The notes: generated by a model not told the origin, from the sequence alone. Counted from the first letter of the stretch, positions 18,063-27,894 are shown. The stretch is DNA of 50,078 bases from Bacteroidales bacterium (GCA_017538085.1 JAFYJP010000022.1:1-50078); one strand, 5' to 3'. A program made the numbers and translations.

Positions 18063-19133
18063 TTAGAAGTCTAATTTTACGCCAACAGAATGAATGCCAC
18101 CGAACGGGTTGGTAAATCTGTAGCTATAGTCGATATCGAAACCTGTATGCTGTTCTTTGTTTACAGGAATATGGACTGTTGCGCCGCAGCTTGGACCTGT
18201 GTAGATGGTTTCACGGTTTGCAGCGTTTGTGATACCACTTTCATAGGTGTATCCGCCTCTGAGAATGAGGTAATCCTTGAATGAAAATTCAAGTCCGCCG
18301 ACGAACTGGTCTTTGGAGAATGCATTGGATACGAAGGTTGCTGCGAGGGTAAGACGATAGTTACCGTCGAACAGGAAGTCGTAACCGCCGCCGATGAGCA
18401 GTTGTGAAGGAAGTTCAAACGCATTAGGACGTACCATAAGAGTGAACTGGTTTTCACCTTTGCCTGAGAGGGTTGTACGAATTGAGAAACCATCGCCTGA
18501 ATATTTCATTGATGGACCCCAGTTTCTTAAGGTGATACCGAATTTGATGTTCTCGTGACGACCTGTAACATATTGAATACCGATATCAAATGCAACACCG
18601 GTAGCTGAAAGGTTAGGTATTGACTCACTGATAAGTTTAACCAGAATACCTGCGGAGATACTGTTGGAGAACAATCTTGAGAAACCGAGTCCCACATTCA
18701 GGAGATTAGGTGAGAAAGTTGCACCTGTCGGTTCCGGCTGGTCTTCAGAGGTATAATACACTTCACCGATGGAAAGGTTGGTGAAGTAAAGACTCAAGAC
18801 ACCGGCATTCCCCAGCTGTTGTGAAAGGGCAGCAGCCATAAGATTAAGATTGTTCATATAATTTGTATAGGTAAAGCCCACATCGGTACCTTTAGTGAAA
18901 GCGGCACCTGCAATATTGGAGAATGTGCTTTCAATACCGCGGACGAGGCCTGAATTGCAGTTGCCCCAACCGGAGGTCTGTGACCATGGATTTATTAAAA
19001 GTTCTGATGCACCTGCTTCACCGACACGATCCTTGTTTCCGGCCTGAAGTGACAACGGAAACATCATTAACACTACTAATAAAGCAGCAATACAATTTCT
19101 ATATATTTGTTTCATCATTGATAATTTTAACAT
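18063..19133 (-). CDS. PorV/PorQ-family (FadL-like) outer-membrane beta-barrel
   Basis: 356 aa with a signal peptide ending LSLQA. The N-terminal GEAGASELLINPW...GWG...FSNIAGAAF follows the PorV/PorQ N-terminal pattern (G-AGA-xL-I...G...NPAG). The C-terminus is GVKLDF. The start could be the internal MMKQ or MKQ codon. Confidence 0.65.
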   Translation of the reverse strand: MLKLSMMKQIYRNCIAALLVVLMMFPLSLQAGNKDRVGEAGASELLINPWSQTSGWGNCNSGLVRGIESTFSNIAGAAFTKGTDVGFTYTNYMNNLNLMAAALSQQLGNAGVLSLYFTNLSIGEVYYTSEDQPEPTGATFSPNLLNVGLGFSRLFSNSISAGILVKLISESIPNLSATGVAFDIGIQYVTGRHENIKFGITLRNWGPSMKYSGDGFSIRTTLSGKGENQFTLMVRPNAFELPSQLLIGGGYDFLFDGNYRLTLAATFVSNAFSKDQFVGGLEFSFKDYLILRGGYTYESGITNAANRETIYTGPSCGATVHIPVNKEQHTGFDIDYSYRFTNPFGGIHSVGVKLDF

Positions 19134-19154
19134 TTAACATAAAACAACTGAATA

Positions 19155-22100
19155 TTAGAAGGTATTTAAGTCGGTAGGACGTATCTGACCCATCCACTTC
19201 AAAGTCTTTGAACCAACACCTGGAACATCCACGTAAATGATGTAAATACCACTTGCGATAGGAATGTTGTGCTCGTTCTTCAAATCCCATTGCTGATATG
19301 ATTCATCACTGGACTTTGAGAATGAACGGATAAGCTGACCACTAATATTGAAAATCTTAATAGTACACGTTTGAGGCAGATTGACAATTCTTACATTGTT
19401 TTCAAGCTGGTTGGCATCATAATCACCAAGTCCGTAGTAAGGATTTGGAACAATGTTGATGTCATCAAGCTCTGTAACAAGCATTTCCTTGTTGTTTCTT
19501 TCAGCAGCCATACCATCGGTTGTGAAAGAGTAAACAGGATAATAGTAATTGTTATCAGCAGTAGGATCATTGATAACTTCATCTGTAAAGTATCTCTGAT
19601 AAGGTCTGTTGATTCTTATGGATACTGTAGCAGTGTTATCAAGATATGACTGTGCTGCATCATAATAACGCTGGTTAATCAATGGAATTGATACATACAT
19701 TGCAGCTGCATAGACACATTGACGTTTTTGATCTATGAGAACGTTTGGCAAGCCTTCTGTTCTTGTCAGAGCATCGTGGATAAACAGACCTGCATCGTAA
19801 GCCGGGCAGTCGAATGATGGGTTAGGAGTGTTTCCGAATACACCTGTTCTGCTTCCTATCACGTAGATGTAGTGTTTACCGCCAAAGAGAATTGCTGATG
19901 TTGGAGGATCTGCATATTGTGAAATTGGCTGATACATTCCCAAAACCTGATTTGGTGTCGGATTCCATTTCATATCACGTCCGTTTTCACCTATCAGCCA
20001 GGAGTCTTCACCAAACATCATGTTAAGTCTTTCACCAGTTTCAATGTTAATAGCATAACCTGGGAACCAGCCCATGCCCTTTGCACTGATGTAGTCAGGA
20101 GCCTCAGGGTCATCATAGTTAGGAGTGTAGTTGCCAGCAAGATACTGAGCCTTTGCAGCATCGGAGATGGTGTTGCCATTCTTGTCAACTGACCAGCCGT
20201 CTCTTACCATGTATTTTGCAACATTTCCTTCTGAAAGTGATGCATCGGAGCACATTTCGATGACAGGACAACGTGTCCATTTGGACTTGTCGGATGTGAA
20301 TACAACGTCAACGCTGTACAATGATTCCATCGGTGACAGCGACTTGGATGTTGAATTATAGGCAGGAGCCACATCATGCTGTGATGAAAAAGCTGCCATA
20401 CAGTATGGTGCCCATGTGCCGTTGAGAATGCCTTCGTATGCACTTCCTGGGTCCCATGCAAGACCGATAGGTGTACCATTACCACCAATACTCAGGTTCC
20501 AGTCGTTGTTTTCAGGTGCGGTGTTATCGGTTGACTCACCGGAACGTATCCAGTTGTATGCACCTGATTCATCAATATCCCTGACACCTGACAGCCATTT
20601 CTTTGTACTGTCGGCGTAAGTTATACCTGAATAAAGGAGACCGTTTTTACTTGTTCCTACCAAAATAGCCTTTTCAGCTTCTTCTGAACTTGATCCCTGA
20701 TAAGTACCAACAGTATAGTATTTGTTGAAGAATGTCTGTTCAAGTGTGATAGAAAGACCCAAATCCAGGAACAATTGTTCATATTTGAAAACCAATGAGG
20801 TGTCAGAATAGTAGGTGATATCGTTGTTAATATCGTGAAGTTGCCATGTGCACACTTCCATGCCCGCAGTATCCGCAACACCAACAGTAGATGAATTGGA
20901 AACATTGTGTTTTGTTGCGTAAGTGAATGGATCAAACTTAAGCTCGTATGTGGTATTGACAACGTTAAGAGGATCTATAACCTTGATGTTCAGAGGACTG
21001 TAATTCTTTTGGTATTGCATTTCGTATGCGATAGGATACTTGTCTGTTCCCATCACATAATCATTGTCCTTGAGGATGACGGAAGGATAGGTTTCCTTAT
21101 TGATGACTGTATCGACAAGCATCAGAGTACCATCGGCATTGAGCTGATATTTGATAGGCTCCTTGGAAAGGATTGTTTCAACACTTTTTTCATCGACATT
21201 AAGGATGAGACCGCCATTACCATGACCCTGAACACGTTTGATAGCCGGCTGGTCACCGTATGTTGAGTTAACTATTATACCACCCATAGGTTTGTGAGGT
21301 ATTGCCTCGTATGTCTTGATGTTCTTTCTACCAGAAAGGAAAGCCTTAGTCTGACCGTCAAGGCCGCAGTTTTCATCATGTTCTGAAAGCTGGTCGGAAT
21401 ACTTCTTATACATATTATAACCGTATGCAATAGCTGTGAAATAATATGACTTGTGGTTAACAAGCGTAGTATTGTCGAATGCATCAGTCGTAAGTTTGAA
21501 AGTATGGGAAATACCTGCATCTGCACCATTAACCATCATAGTTGGTACATTGGCATCGAGATTGGAATCATAAGTATAGTTGACAATCTTTGAAACGCCG
21601 TTGGTAATATCGCACTGGAAAACCTGACGGATCTTGGATTCATCACCTATATCAGAAATGCTGGCTTCATTGTCAACAAGCTGATACACGATATAACCTT
21701 CGAATTTGTATGTTGAAGAATCTCTGCTGTAGCCGACTGATTCGATGTAAGGGTCAACCTCTGAATAACTTTCACCGAAGTTGTTACCTGAATCGTTAGA
21801 CTCTCTGTTGGAGATGTAGAATACCAATTCGTTTTCAAGTTCAAGGATAGTCAAATCAGGAGCATTAGGACCGTTGACAACAGAGAAGCAGTTGTCAAAC
21901 AAAGCCTGACATTTGTCATCGACTGTGCGGAGAAGTTTAACTGAGCCGTTGATACCAGGGCCGCCGGAAGTGGCTCTTGCCCAAGGAATACCTACGGTGA
22001 TGTAGTTGACCATACCTGGACGAAGGGTGAAAGGACCTGCTGACTGCATGAAACGACGGTCATACGGAGTATTGTTGGCAGTTTCTTCAGTCCATTCAGG

Positions 22101-23795
22101 ATTAGCCGGCTTAACGCCGCTGGTACCCCACCAACAAGGATCGGAGTCACCAGGGAACATGAAGTCAGCGTCAATATCTTCAGCACCTGAACTGATGTGT
22201 CCGTTGCCACCATATTTCATCTTTGTGTTATCATTCCAAATACCTCTCAGCAAATTGTAGTAATCTGCAGCGTATTTAGGATCACTGTTATAGTTACCGC
22301 TTGTGTTAACGTGATATACGAAACGTCTCATGCCGAAACGTTCATCGTCAACTATACCATTACCGAAGTTGACACCGTTTATAGCCTCAGCTCTGACGAG
22401 GAATCTTCCTGTCTTAGGACCTACCTTAGGACCGTTACCGTATGTGAAATTAATCATCTGTCCATTCTGGGCAACGATAGAGCAGTCGAGGTTTTCATTG
22501 GCAGTATTTTGTGCATTGTAAGCAGGGCCGAGGAGACCGTCGCCATAGAATGCAGGGTTATCATAACCATCAGGATCAAGATAAGGACCCTGGAAGAAGT
22601 CAACACCGATTGCAGGAGGCTGTGAACCATAAGCATTGTACTGACCGCTACCATCAACATCCTTACCGTTGTAGCAATATCCGAGACCACGGAGAACATC
22701 ACATCCCACATAGTCATCGTAGCTGTAACCGAGGTCGGTATCAACCCACTGGCTGAAGTAAGTGTTAGTCAATGTATAAGAAGAACGGTTGATAATTTCG
22801 TATGAATAGAAAGTCATGTTATTGATTTCGTCATTGGAAGCGAAACCGAAAGCCTGACCTCTGATTTCGAAACCGGTAGCATCACCGAAACTTTCAGTGT
22901 GGATGTTACCTTTATCATTAAATACCCACCAAAGAGTTTCATCACCCTTGATACACTGGTCAACCTGGATGCCGTTGCCTTCCATAGTGGTTGCAGGAAC
23001 GAATGTCGGGTCACCGGCATAGTTTGAAGAGCAGAGAACGTTGCTCAAATCATAATAAGGGTAATCGCCCTTGTAAGGGTCGTAATTGCCATCATGGTCA
23101 TTGTCATAGAAAGGAGCGAGGTAATAGCTCTGATACTGTGACTTTGAGTCGGTCATATCCGGATGAGCAGGCCAGTTGATGATTTCATCAGGAATATTGT
23201 AATCCTCGTCAATTGAAGCATCGTAGTAACCTGTTTCCGGGTCACAATTTGCGAGGAAGTCATTTACCAGTTCCTGAGACATGAAGAACAATTTATCATA
23301 TTTCAGACAGGTGGCAGCATCGACTTCGGATATTGTGATACCTTCCTGAGGATTAGGGCTGTTCTTAACATACAGAGGACCTGGCCAATAGTCATTACCT
23401 CCGTTGAAAGTAGGACCCTGACGATATTTGACGGCAGCGACCTTCAGAACCTGATTGGCATCCACACCACCAATCCAGAGGGAACCCGAGAACATTGATG
23501 TTTTACTTGAGCCGGCAGGGATTTCATACTGCGGGTTTTCAAAGTCCCACCACATATCACCACCGGTGTTAATTCTACAACTTACGTTGTTGACCTGAAG
23601 ATATTTATAGTTAGCACCAGGTGCACAACCTGCTGAATTTGATTTGATTTCGTTTTCCGATTTACCTTGTTTCCTTCCTTTGGCTTCTTCGCAGTTGGCA
23701 GTAGTAAAGAATGAGAACAAAGCAAATGTTAAAAACAGACAAGCTATTTTTTTCATATTTATATAATTTTTTCTCATATTAAATCTCCTTATCAT
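19155..23795 (-). CDS. Giant uncharacterised secreted protein with a T9SS type-A C-terminal sorting domain
   Basis: 1546 aa in the track. The likely true start is the ATG at 23756 (MKKIACLFLTFALFSFFTTANC signal peptide). The last ~90 aa (IVPNPYYG...TIKIFNISGQLIRSF...GIYIIYVDVPG..KTLKWM) form a classic Por_Secre_tail. The body is N/D/Y/G-rich and I recognise no catalytic motif in it. Confidence 0.75.
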   Translation of the reverse strand: MIRRFNMRKNYINMKKIACLFLTFALFSFFTTANCEEAKGRKQGKSENEIKSNSAGCAPGANYKYLQVNNVSCRINTGGDMWWDFENPQYEIPAGSSKTSMFSGSLWIGGVDANQVLKVAAVKYRQGPTFNGGNDYWPGPLYVKNSPNPQEGITISEVDAATCLKYDKLFFMSQELVNDFLANCDPETGYYDASIDEDYNIPDEIINWPAHPDMTDSKSQYQSYYLAPFYDNDHDGNYDPYKGDYPYYDLSNVLCSSNYAGDPTFVPATTMEGNGIQVDQCIKGDETLWWVFNDKGNIHTESFGDATGFEIRGQAFGFASNDEINNMTFYSYEIINRSSYTLTNTYFSQWVDTDLGYSYDDYVGCDVLRGLGYCYNGKDVDGSGQYNAYGSQPPAIGVDFFQGPYLDPDGYDNPAFYGDGLLGPAYNAQNTANENLDCSIVAQNGQMINFTYGNGPKVGPKTGRFLVRAEAINGVNFGNGIVDDERFGMRRFVYHVNTSGNYNSDPKYAADYYNLLRGIWNDNTKMKYGGNGHISSGAEDIDADFMFPGDSDPCWWGTSGVKPANPEWTEETANNTPYDRRFMQSAGPFTLRPGMVNYITVGIPWARATSGGPGINGSVKLLRTVDDKCQALFDNCFSVVNGPNAPDLTILELENELVFYISNRESNDSGNNFGESYSEVDPYIESVGYSRDSSTYKFEGYIVYQLVDNEASISDIGDESKIRQVFQCDITNGVSKIVNYTYDSNLDANVPTMMVNGADAGISHTFKLTTDAFDNTTLVNHKSYYFTAIAYGYNMYKKYSDQLSEHDENCGLDGQTKAFLSGRKNIKTYEAIPHKPMGGIIVNSTYGDQPAIKRVQGHGNGGLILNVDEKSVETILSKEPIKYQLNADGTLMLVDTVINKETYPSVILKDNDYVMGTDKYPIAYEMQYQKNYSPLNIKVIDPLNVVNTTYELKFDPFTYATKHNVSNSSTVGVADTAGMEVCTWQLHDINNDITYYSDTSLVFKYEQLFLDLGLSITLEQTFFNKYYTVGTYQGSSSEEAEKAILVGTSKNGLLYSGITYADSTKKWLSGVRDIDESGAYNWIRSGESTDNTAPENNDWNLSIGGNGTPIGLAWDPGSAYEGILNGTWAPYCMAAFSSQHDVAPAYNSTSKSLSPMESLYSVDVVFTSDKSKWTRCPVIEMCSDASLSEGNVAKYMVRDGWSVDKNGNTISDAAKAQYLAGNYTPNYDDPEAPDYISAKGMGWFPGYAINIETGERLNMMFGEDSWLIGENGRDMKWNPTPNQVLGMYQPISQYADPPTSAILFGGKHYIYVIGSRTGVFGNTPNPSFDCPAYDAGLFIHDALTRTEGLPNVLIDQKRQCVYAAAMYVSIPLINQRYYDAAQSYLDNTATVSIRINRPYQRYFTDEVINDPTADNNYYYPVYSFTTDGMAAERNNKEMLVTELDDINIVPNPYYGLGDYDANQLENNVRIVNLPQTCTIKIFNISGQLIRSFSKSSDESYQQWDLKNEHNIPIASGIYIIYVDVPGVGSKTLKWMGQIRPTDLNTF

Positions 23796-23798
23796 AAA

Positions 23799-26700
23799 CT
23801 AAAAATTATAACTTACGCCTAAACGAATAAGTCTTGGACCTGAATAGTTGCCCGGAGTATCAACTCTCATCTGATATAACATCCTATAAGAATCGACACT
23901 GAGCTGCTGGCTGATTTCAGTCTGCCATTCGTCTGCTGTCAGATAACCATCATCATCTGGATTACCTGTTGCATCATAAACATCTACGATATTATGAGCA
24001 TTGAACAAGTTCAGAATCTGTAAGTAAACGTTCAGATAAGATTCTCTTGAACCATCCTTTTTAGTCTTGTTTGTAAGATAGAAATCTCTGTCAAGAATGA
24101 TATCGGTTCTCCAGAATGCAGGCATTCTCGAACCATTGATGGAACCATCGATGACTCTGTTGGAAGTTGTGATAGGATAAACCTTGCTGGATCTTGTATA
24201 AGGAGTACCGGAACCGCCACTGAAAACGATGTTAAGACCGGTATTCTCGAGCCAGTTGATATGTTTTTCCTGACCGTCTTTCGTCTTTCTGACTGTAACA
24301 GGACCATTGTAGTCCTTACCGTCAGAGAAACGGTAGTCGAGATTCAAAGACAGTCTGTGTCTCTGGTCTTCGTCCAGAGGTGACAGAGTACGGAGGTTAG
24401 GCTGACCTGAGGTGACAACTGACTTGGCAGCATCAGGGTCAGAGCCGGTACCGTTTGCAAACTGCAAGGTGTAGCTGGCTTTAAGTCTGATGTTTCTTGT
24501 TCTACGCAAGTCGAATGTTGCGGTCAGACCTTTAACTGTACCAAAGTCAAGGTTATCGTATGTGTAATATGTCTTAGGATAAGCACCGGTAACACGGTAA
24601 ATACAAATCTGATCACGGATTTCACGATAGAAAGCTGAAAGTGACAACGACGAGGTGTTGGTCAGCTTCTGCTGGAAACCGACTTCATAGTCGATTGTAG
24701 TTTCAGGTTTCAGATTAGGATTGTTAACCGTAGGAGATGATGTCGTTGAAAGGAAGTAATAGTCAGTCAATGACAATGTATTATAAGATGTAGGACGCTG
24801 TGTCAAGATATCATAGTGTGCAAAGAACAGAGCCTCATCCGAAATTGGGAATGAGAATGATATACGAGGCATAACGTTGATTTGTGGTTTATAATCGGTG
24901 AAAACATCAGCAGTAACTGTATTGCTGTTTTCAGGATTAGTCAGATAAGGTGATATTCCGTTGCCGGCATCGAGAGCTGTCTCAGGGTCGGAGGTATATG
25001 TACCGGCTGCGTCATACCATGTGCTTCCGTCACGGAAACCGAGAATCTGAGTAGGATCGTTGATTGTATTGACATAAACAATATAATCATCACCCATATT
25101 TGAAGGAACATTACCTATATTATTAAGGTTACCTGATGCAACGCCTGATTTGTAATCAGCAACTGTATAAGCACGGGAAGTGATAAGGTAATCATCCTTG
25201 AGGACTGCCTGGTTGGCATCATATCTGTCAACACGTACACCTATATTAAATACGAGGTCTCTGAAAGAGAACACATCCTGAAGGAATAACGCGCCATAGA
25301 CAGGACGGATGGAACCGATGCTTCTTGAATACTTGCCATTAGATAATGTATCTTGGAAAAAGTCATCGATAGTCGGATTGTAAGTCAGTTTGTTACCGTA
25401 TGGGTCATAACCAGCATAAGCAACGTATGAACCACCATCGTTGAGCAATTCGTCAGGGGAGAACATGGAAAGATTGAGTTTGCCGTTCAGACCTGCCACC
25501 TGATAATTGCCGCTTTCATCGTAATAGTTCATCGTATTGTTTATAGGATCGTATGAATCAACGTCTATCCATTCAGTGCCGTCAACAGGAAGATTCAACA
25601 TCTTTCTGAGTTCATAGTCAAAAGAACTCTGTGAAGTGGAACTGTACAGATAATTGTAATCAACAACTCCGAGGAAAACTCCGTTTTCGTCAACCAAAGG
25701 AATAGGGTTCTCGGTGTCAAGCTCGGTGATATGTGAGTTGACTCTACTTCTCATCAAAGTCCACAAAGAAGTGGTGGCTGCGCTGAAGTAAGAATTGATT
25801 TTCTGCTCAAACTGGAAACCGAACTGGAGAGCGTGGCCGCCTATATCACCGGAAGCCTTGAAACTTACACCTACCTGTTGGTTGTTGGCTATATAGTAGC
25901 CTGACTGTACTGTACCGAGAGTACCCCAAAGGCTATAAACTGAAGAAGGAGAATAGCCGTTGAGAAGACAACTTGCCGCAACTATGGCATTGTCATCTGA
26001 ATAGTAGTTAACATCACCCTCAAACAAATCGTAATACTTTGACATATAGTTTGCAAGCACTACATTCTTGGTGCCAGGTGTAAATGTGACGGAATCGTCA
26101 ACATAACCTGTATATACCAAAGCATTTACGTCCTTACCGTCTATGTCAATAGTGGACATCTCGTATCTTTTTGATTTGTAGGTGTTGTATTGACCAATAT
26201 ATCCGTATGAGAAGAGGTCATCCTTAAAATCAAAATCCTGGTTTTTGTAATGATATTGAGTGTAGTCGGCCTGAATTTCATAGAAGACATTCTTCAGGAG
26301 AGCATCTTCACTTGATCTGAAACGCTGGGTGAAACGACCGAAAACACGCCATGTGTTAGTAAGATAATGAACGTTCTTATTATAATTGAACATTGAATTT
26401 GCAAAACTGAAACCTCTGTAGTTCTGATAGTTGAAGCTACCACCGAAACTGAGGTTGGTCATATCAGATGTCTTGACGTCGAGCTTTGCTGAAACAGCGA
26501 CTTCAAGCTTAGGGGTGTTGAGGTTTTGTTTAACCCAATGCAAATCATCCATTGTAGTGAAGCAGGCTTCATTCCAAACGCCTGTACCCTCATCCGACAA
26601 TCTGATAGGATTTTGAGTCAGATAGTCAAGATATTCATCAGTAGCGATGTAGGTACCCTTAGCCGTAGGTCTGTTATCCACCTGATAGATAAAGTCGCCT

Positions 26701-27542
26701 GCGATGAAGTAACCGAGGATAGCACCAGGTTTTTCAGGATTCTTGCTCTGAATCAAAGGTCCGTTGAGGTTGATACCGAGTCTGTTGTAACCGTAAGCAT
26801 CAAGGCCTTTGCCCTGACCCAAGCCGGAAGACTGGAGTTCAACGCCCATACCGAAGACACGGCTTGGGCCCTTGGTTGTAGCGGAAATAATACCACCGGT
26901 AGCATCACCATACTGAGCAGGGATACCACCGAGGATGACTGAAATCTGGTCGTATGCCGACTGTGGAAGTGAAGTAGTACCGGTGACCTTGATACCGTCA
27001 ATGTAATAGACGGTACCTGAAGAACGCTGACCACGGATACTACCGACCTCACCATCACGTGAGAACACGCCACCGACAGTAGAAGCTACGGCAGCGATAG
27101 TCTTTTCAGGCATCTTTTCGATTTCCTCTGATGTAACGGTACCACCACTCTGGGTTTTATCCTTACTGATAAGCGGTACCTCATACTCAACGACCTCAAC
27201 TTCGTTAAGGCCCACAGCACCAGAACTCATTGTGATGTTCTGGAATGTGATTACATCGGCAGAAACATGCACTCCATTCATCTGAAAGGTTTTGTAACCT
27301 ACAAACTGTGCAACCAATGTATAATTGCCAGGTTCCAGAGGCTTGATGGTGAAATTACCATCAAAGTCAGTGGCACATCCGCCCTTCTGAATTCCGTCAA
27401 CCTGCGCAACAACATTTGCGAATGGAATAGGTTCCTTTGTGTCTTTGTCAATAACAGTACCCTTAATGGTACCTGTTTGACCCATCAAACCAATACTTAA
27501 AACAAGCAATAGTCCAATTGAAGAGAGTAATTTTTTTACCAT
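23799..27542 (-). CDS. TonB-dependent-receptor-like outer-membrane barrel with N-terminal carboxypeptidase-regulatory-like domain
   Basis: 1247 aa with a signal peptide. GTIKGTVIDKDTKEPIPFANVV..TDFDGNFTIKPLEPGNYTLVAQFVGY is CarboxypepD_reg-like. A plug-like segment follows (IRGQRSSGTVYYIDGIKV). The terminal GVSYNF is an OMP beta-signal. Confidence 0.75.
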   Translation of the reverse strand: MVKKLLSSIGLLLVLSIGLMGQTGTIKGTVIDKDTKEPIPFANVVAQVDGIQKGGCATDFDGNFTIKPLEPGNYTLVAQFVGYKTFQMNGVHVSADVITFQNITMSSGAVGLNEVEVVEYEVPLISKDKTQSGGTVTSEEIEKMPEKTIAAVASTVGGVFSRDGEVGSIRGQRSSGTVYYIDGIKVTGTTSLPQSAYDQISVILGGIPAQYGDATGGIISATTKGPSRVFGMGVELQSSGLGQGKGLDAYGYNRLGINLNGPLIQSKNPEKPGAILGYFIAGDFIYQVDNRPTAKGTYIATDEYLDYLTQNPIRLSDEGTGVWNEACFTTMDDLHWVKQNLNTPKLEVAVSAKLDVKTSDMTNLSFGGSFNYQNYRGFSFANSMFNYNKNVHYLTNTWRVFGRFTQRFRSSEDALLKNVFYEIQADYTQYHYKNQDFDFKDDLFSYGYIGQYNTYKSKRYEMSTIDIDGKDVNALVYTGYVDDSVTFTPGTKNVVLANYMSKYYDLFEGDVNYYSDDNAIVAASCLLNGYSPSSVYSLWGTLGTVQSGYYIANNQQVGVSFKASGDIGGHALQFGFQFEQKINSYFSAATTSLWTLMRSRVNSHITELDTENPIPLVDENGVFLGVVDYNYLYSSTSQSSFDYELRKMLNLPVDGTEWIDVDSYDPINNTMNYYDESGNYQVAGLNGKLNLSMFSPDELLNDGGSYVAYAGYDPYGNKLTYNPTIDDFFQDTLSNGKYSRSIGSIRPVYGALFLQDVFSFRDLVFNIGVRVDRYDANQAVLKDDYLITSRAYTVADYKSGVASGNLNNIGNVPSNMGDDYIVYVNTINDPTQILGFRDGSTWYDAAGTYTSDPETALDAGNGISPYLTNPENSNTVTADVFTDYKPQINVMPRISFSFPISDEALFFAHYDILTQRPTSYNTLSLTDYYFLSTTSSPTVNNPNLKPETTIDYEVGFQQKLTNTSSLSLSAFYREIRDQICIYRVTGAYPKTYYTYDNLDFGTVKGLTATFDLRRTRNIRLKASYTLQFANGTGSDPDAAKSVVTSGQPNLRTLSPLDEDQRHRLSLNLDYRFSDGKDYNGPVTVRKTKDGQEKHINWLENTGLNIVFSGGSGTPYTRSSKVYPITTSNRVIDGSINGSRMPAFWRTDIILDRDFYLTNKTKKDGSRESYLNVYLQILNLFNAHNIVDVYDATGNPDDDGYLTADEWQTEISQQLSVDSYRMLYQMRVDTPGNYSGPRLIRLGVSYNF

Positions 27543-27608
27543 ACCATATAATTTTATTTATTTATTAATTTGCATAATACACACATTTTACACGAATGTA
27601 ATAATTTG

Positions 27609-27616
27609 CAAATTTA
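27609..27616 (-). promoter_or_regulatory. -7 box candidate (TAAATTTG on the minus strand) for the three-gene unit
   Basis: Plus-strand CAAATTTA is the only CAAAnnTA in the 27543-27830 spacer. It lies 67 nt upstream of the ATG at 27542. Confidence 0.4.
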
Positions 27617-27831
27617 AGTAAATTTTACCTTTTAATAAGGTAAAGTTTATGTTTTTTTTAAAAAAATTTAATATTTCCTTCCTATGGCCCCCTCCAATCA
27701 GTTCAACTTTTTAATTTTTAAGACTTTATAAATTCATTTTTTTATCAACAACCATTCTGAAACCTATTATTATTATAAAAAAATACTTGTATCTTTACAA
27801 AAAATTTTATAAGATATCAAAAAATAACAAT

Positions 27832-27876
27832 AAAAAAAGGGATATTGTTTCAATCATACTGTTGAAAAAATATCCC
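27832..27876 (-). terminator. Intrinsic terminator after the Cys-rich lipoprotein gene
   Basis: The hairpin is gggatatt-g-tttcaa...ttgaaa-a-aatatccc (8 bp, then a mismatch, then 6-7 bp). A U7 run follows on the minus strand. It starts 19 nt after the stop at 27895. Confidence 0.7.
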
Positions 27877-27894
27877 GATATGTTGATAAATATT

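Noticed and set aside
19155-23795. Calling the giant CTD protein PorU because it sits next to a PorV-family gene
   Set aside because: No C25/gingipain-like His...Cys catalytic pair was found, and the length is well above PorU. The neighbouring barrel is short for PorV (356 aa versus about 390 aa) and may be a paralogue.
27624-27660. Plus-strand terminator-like hairpin followed by T8
   Set aside because: No plus-strand gene lies upstream for it to terminate. The stem is short (8 bp) and almost all A/T. I kept it only as part of the spacer finding.
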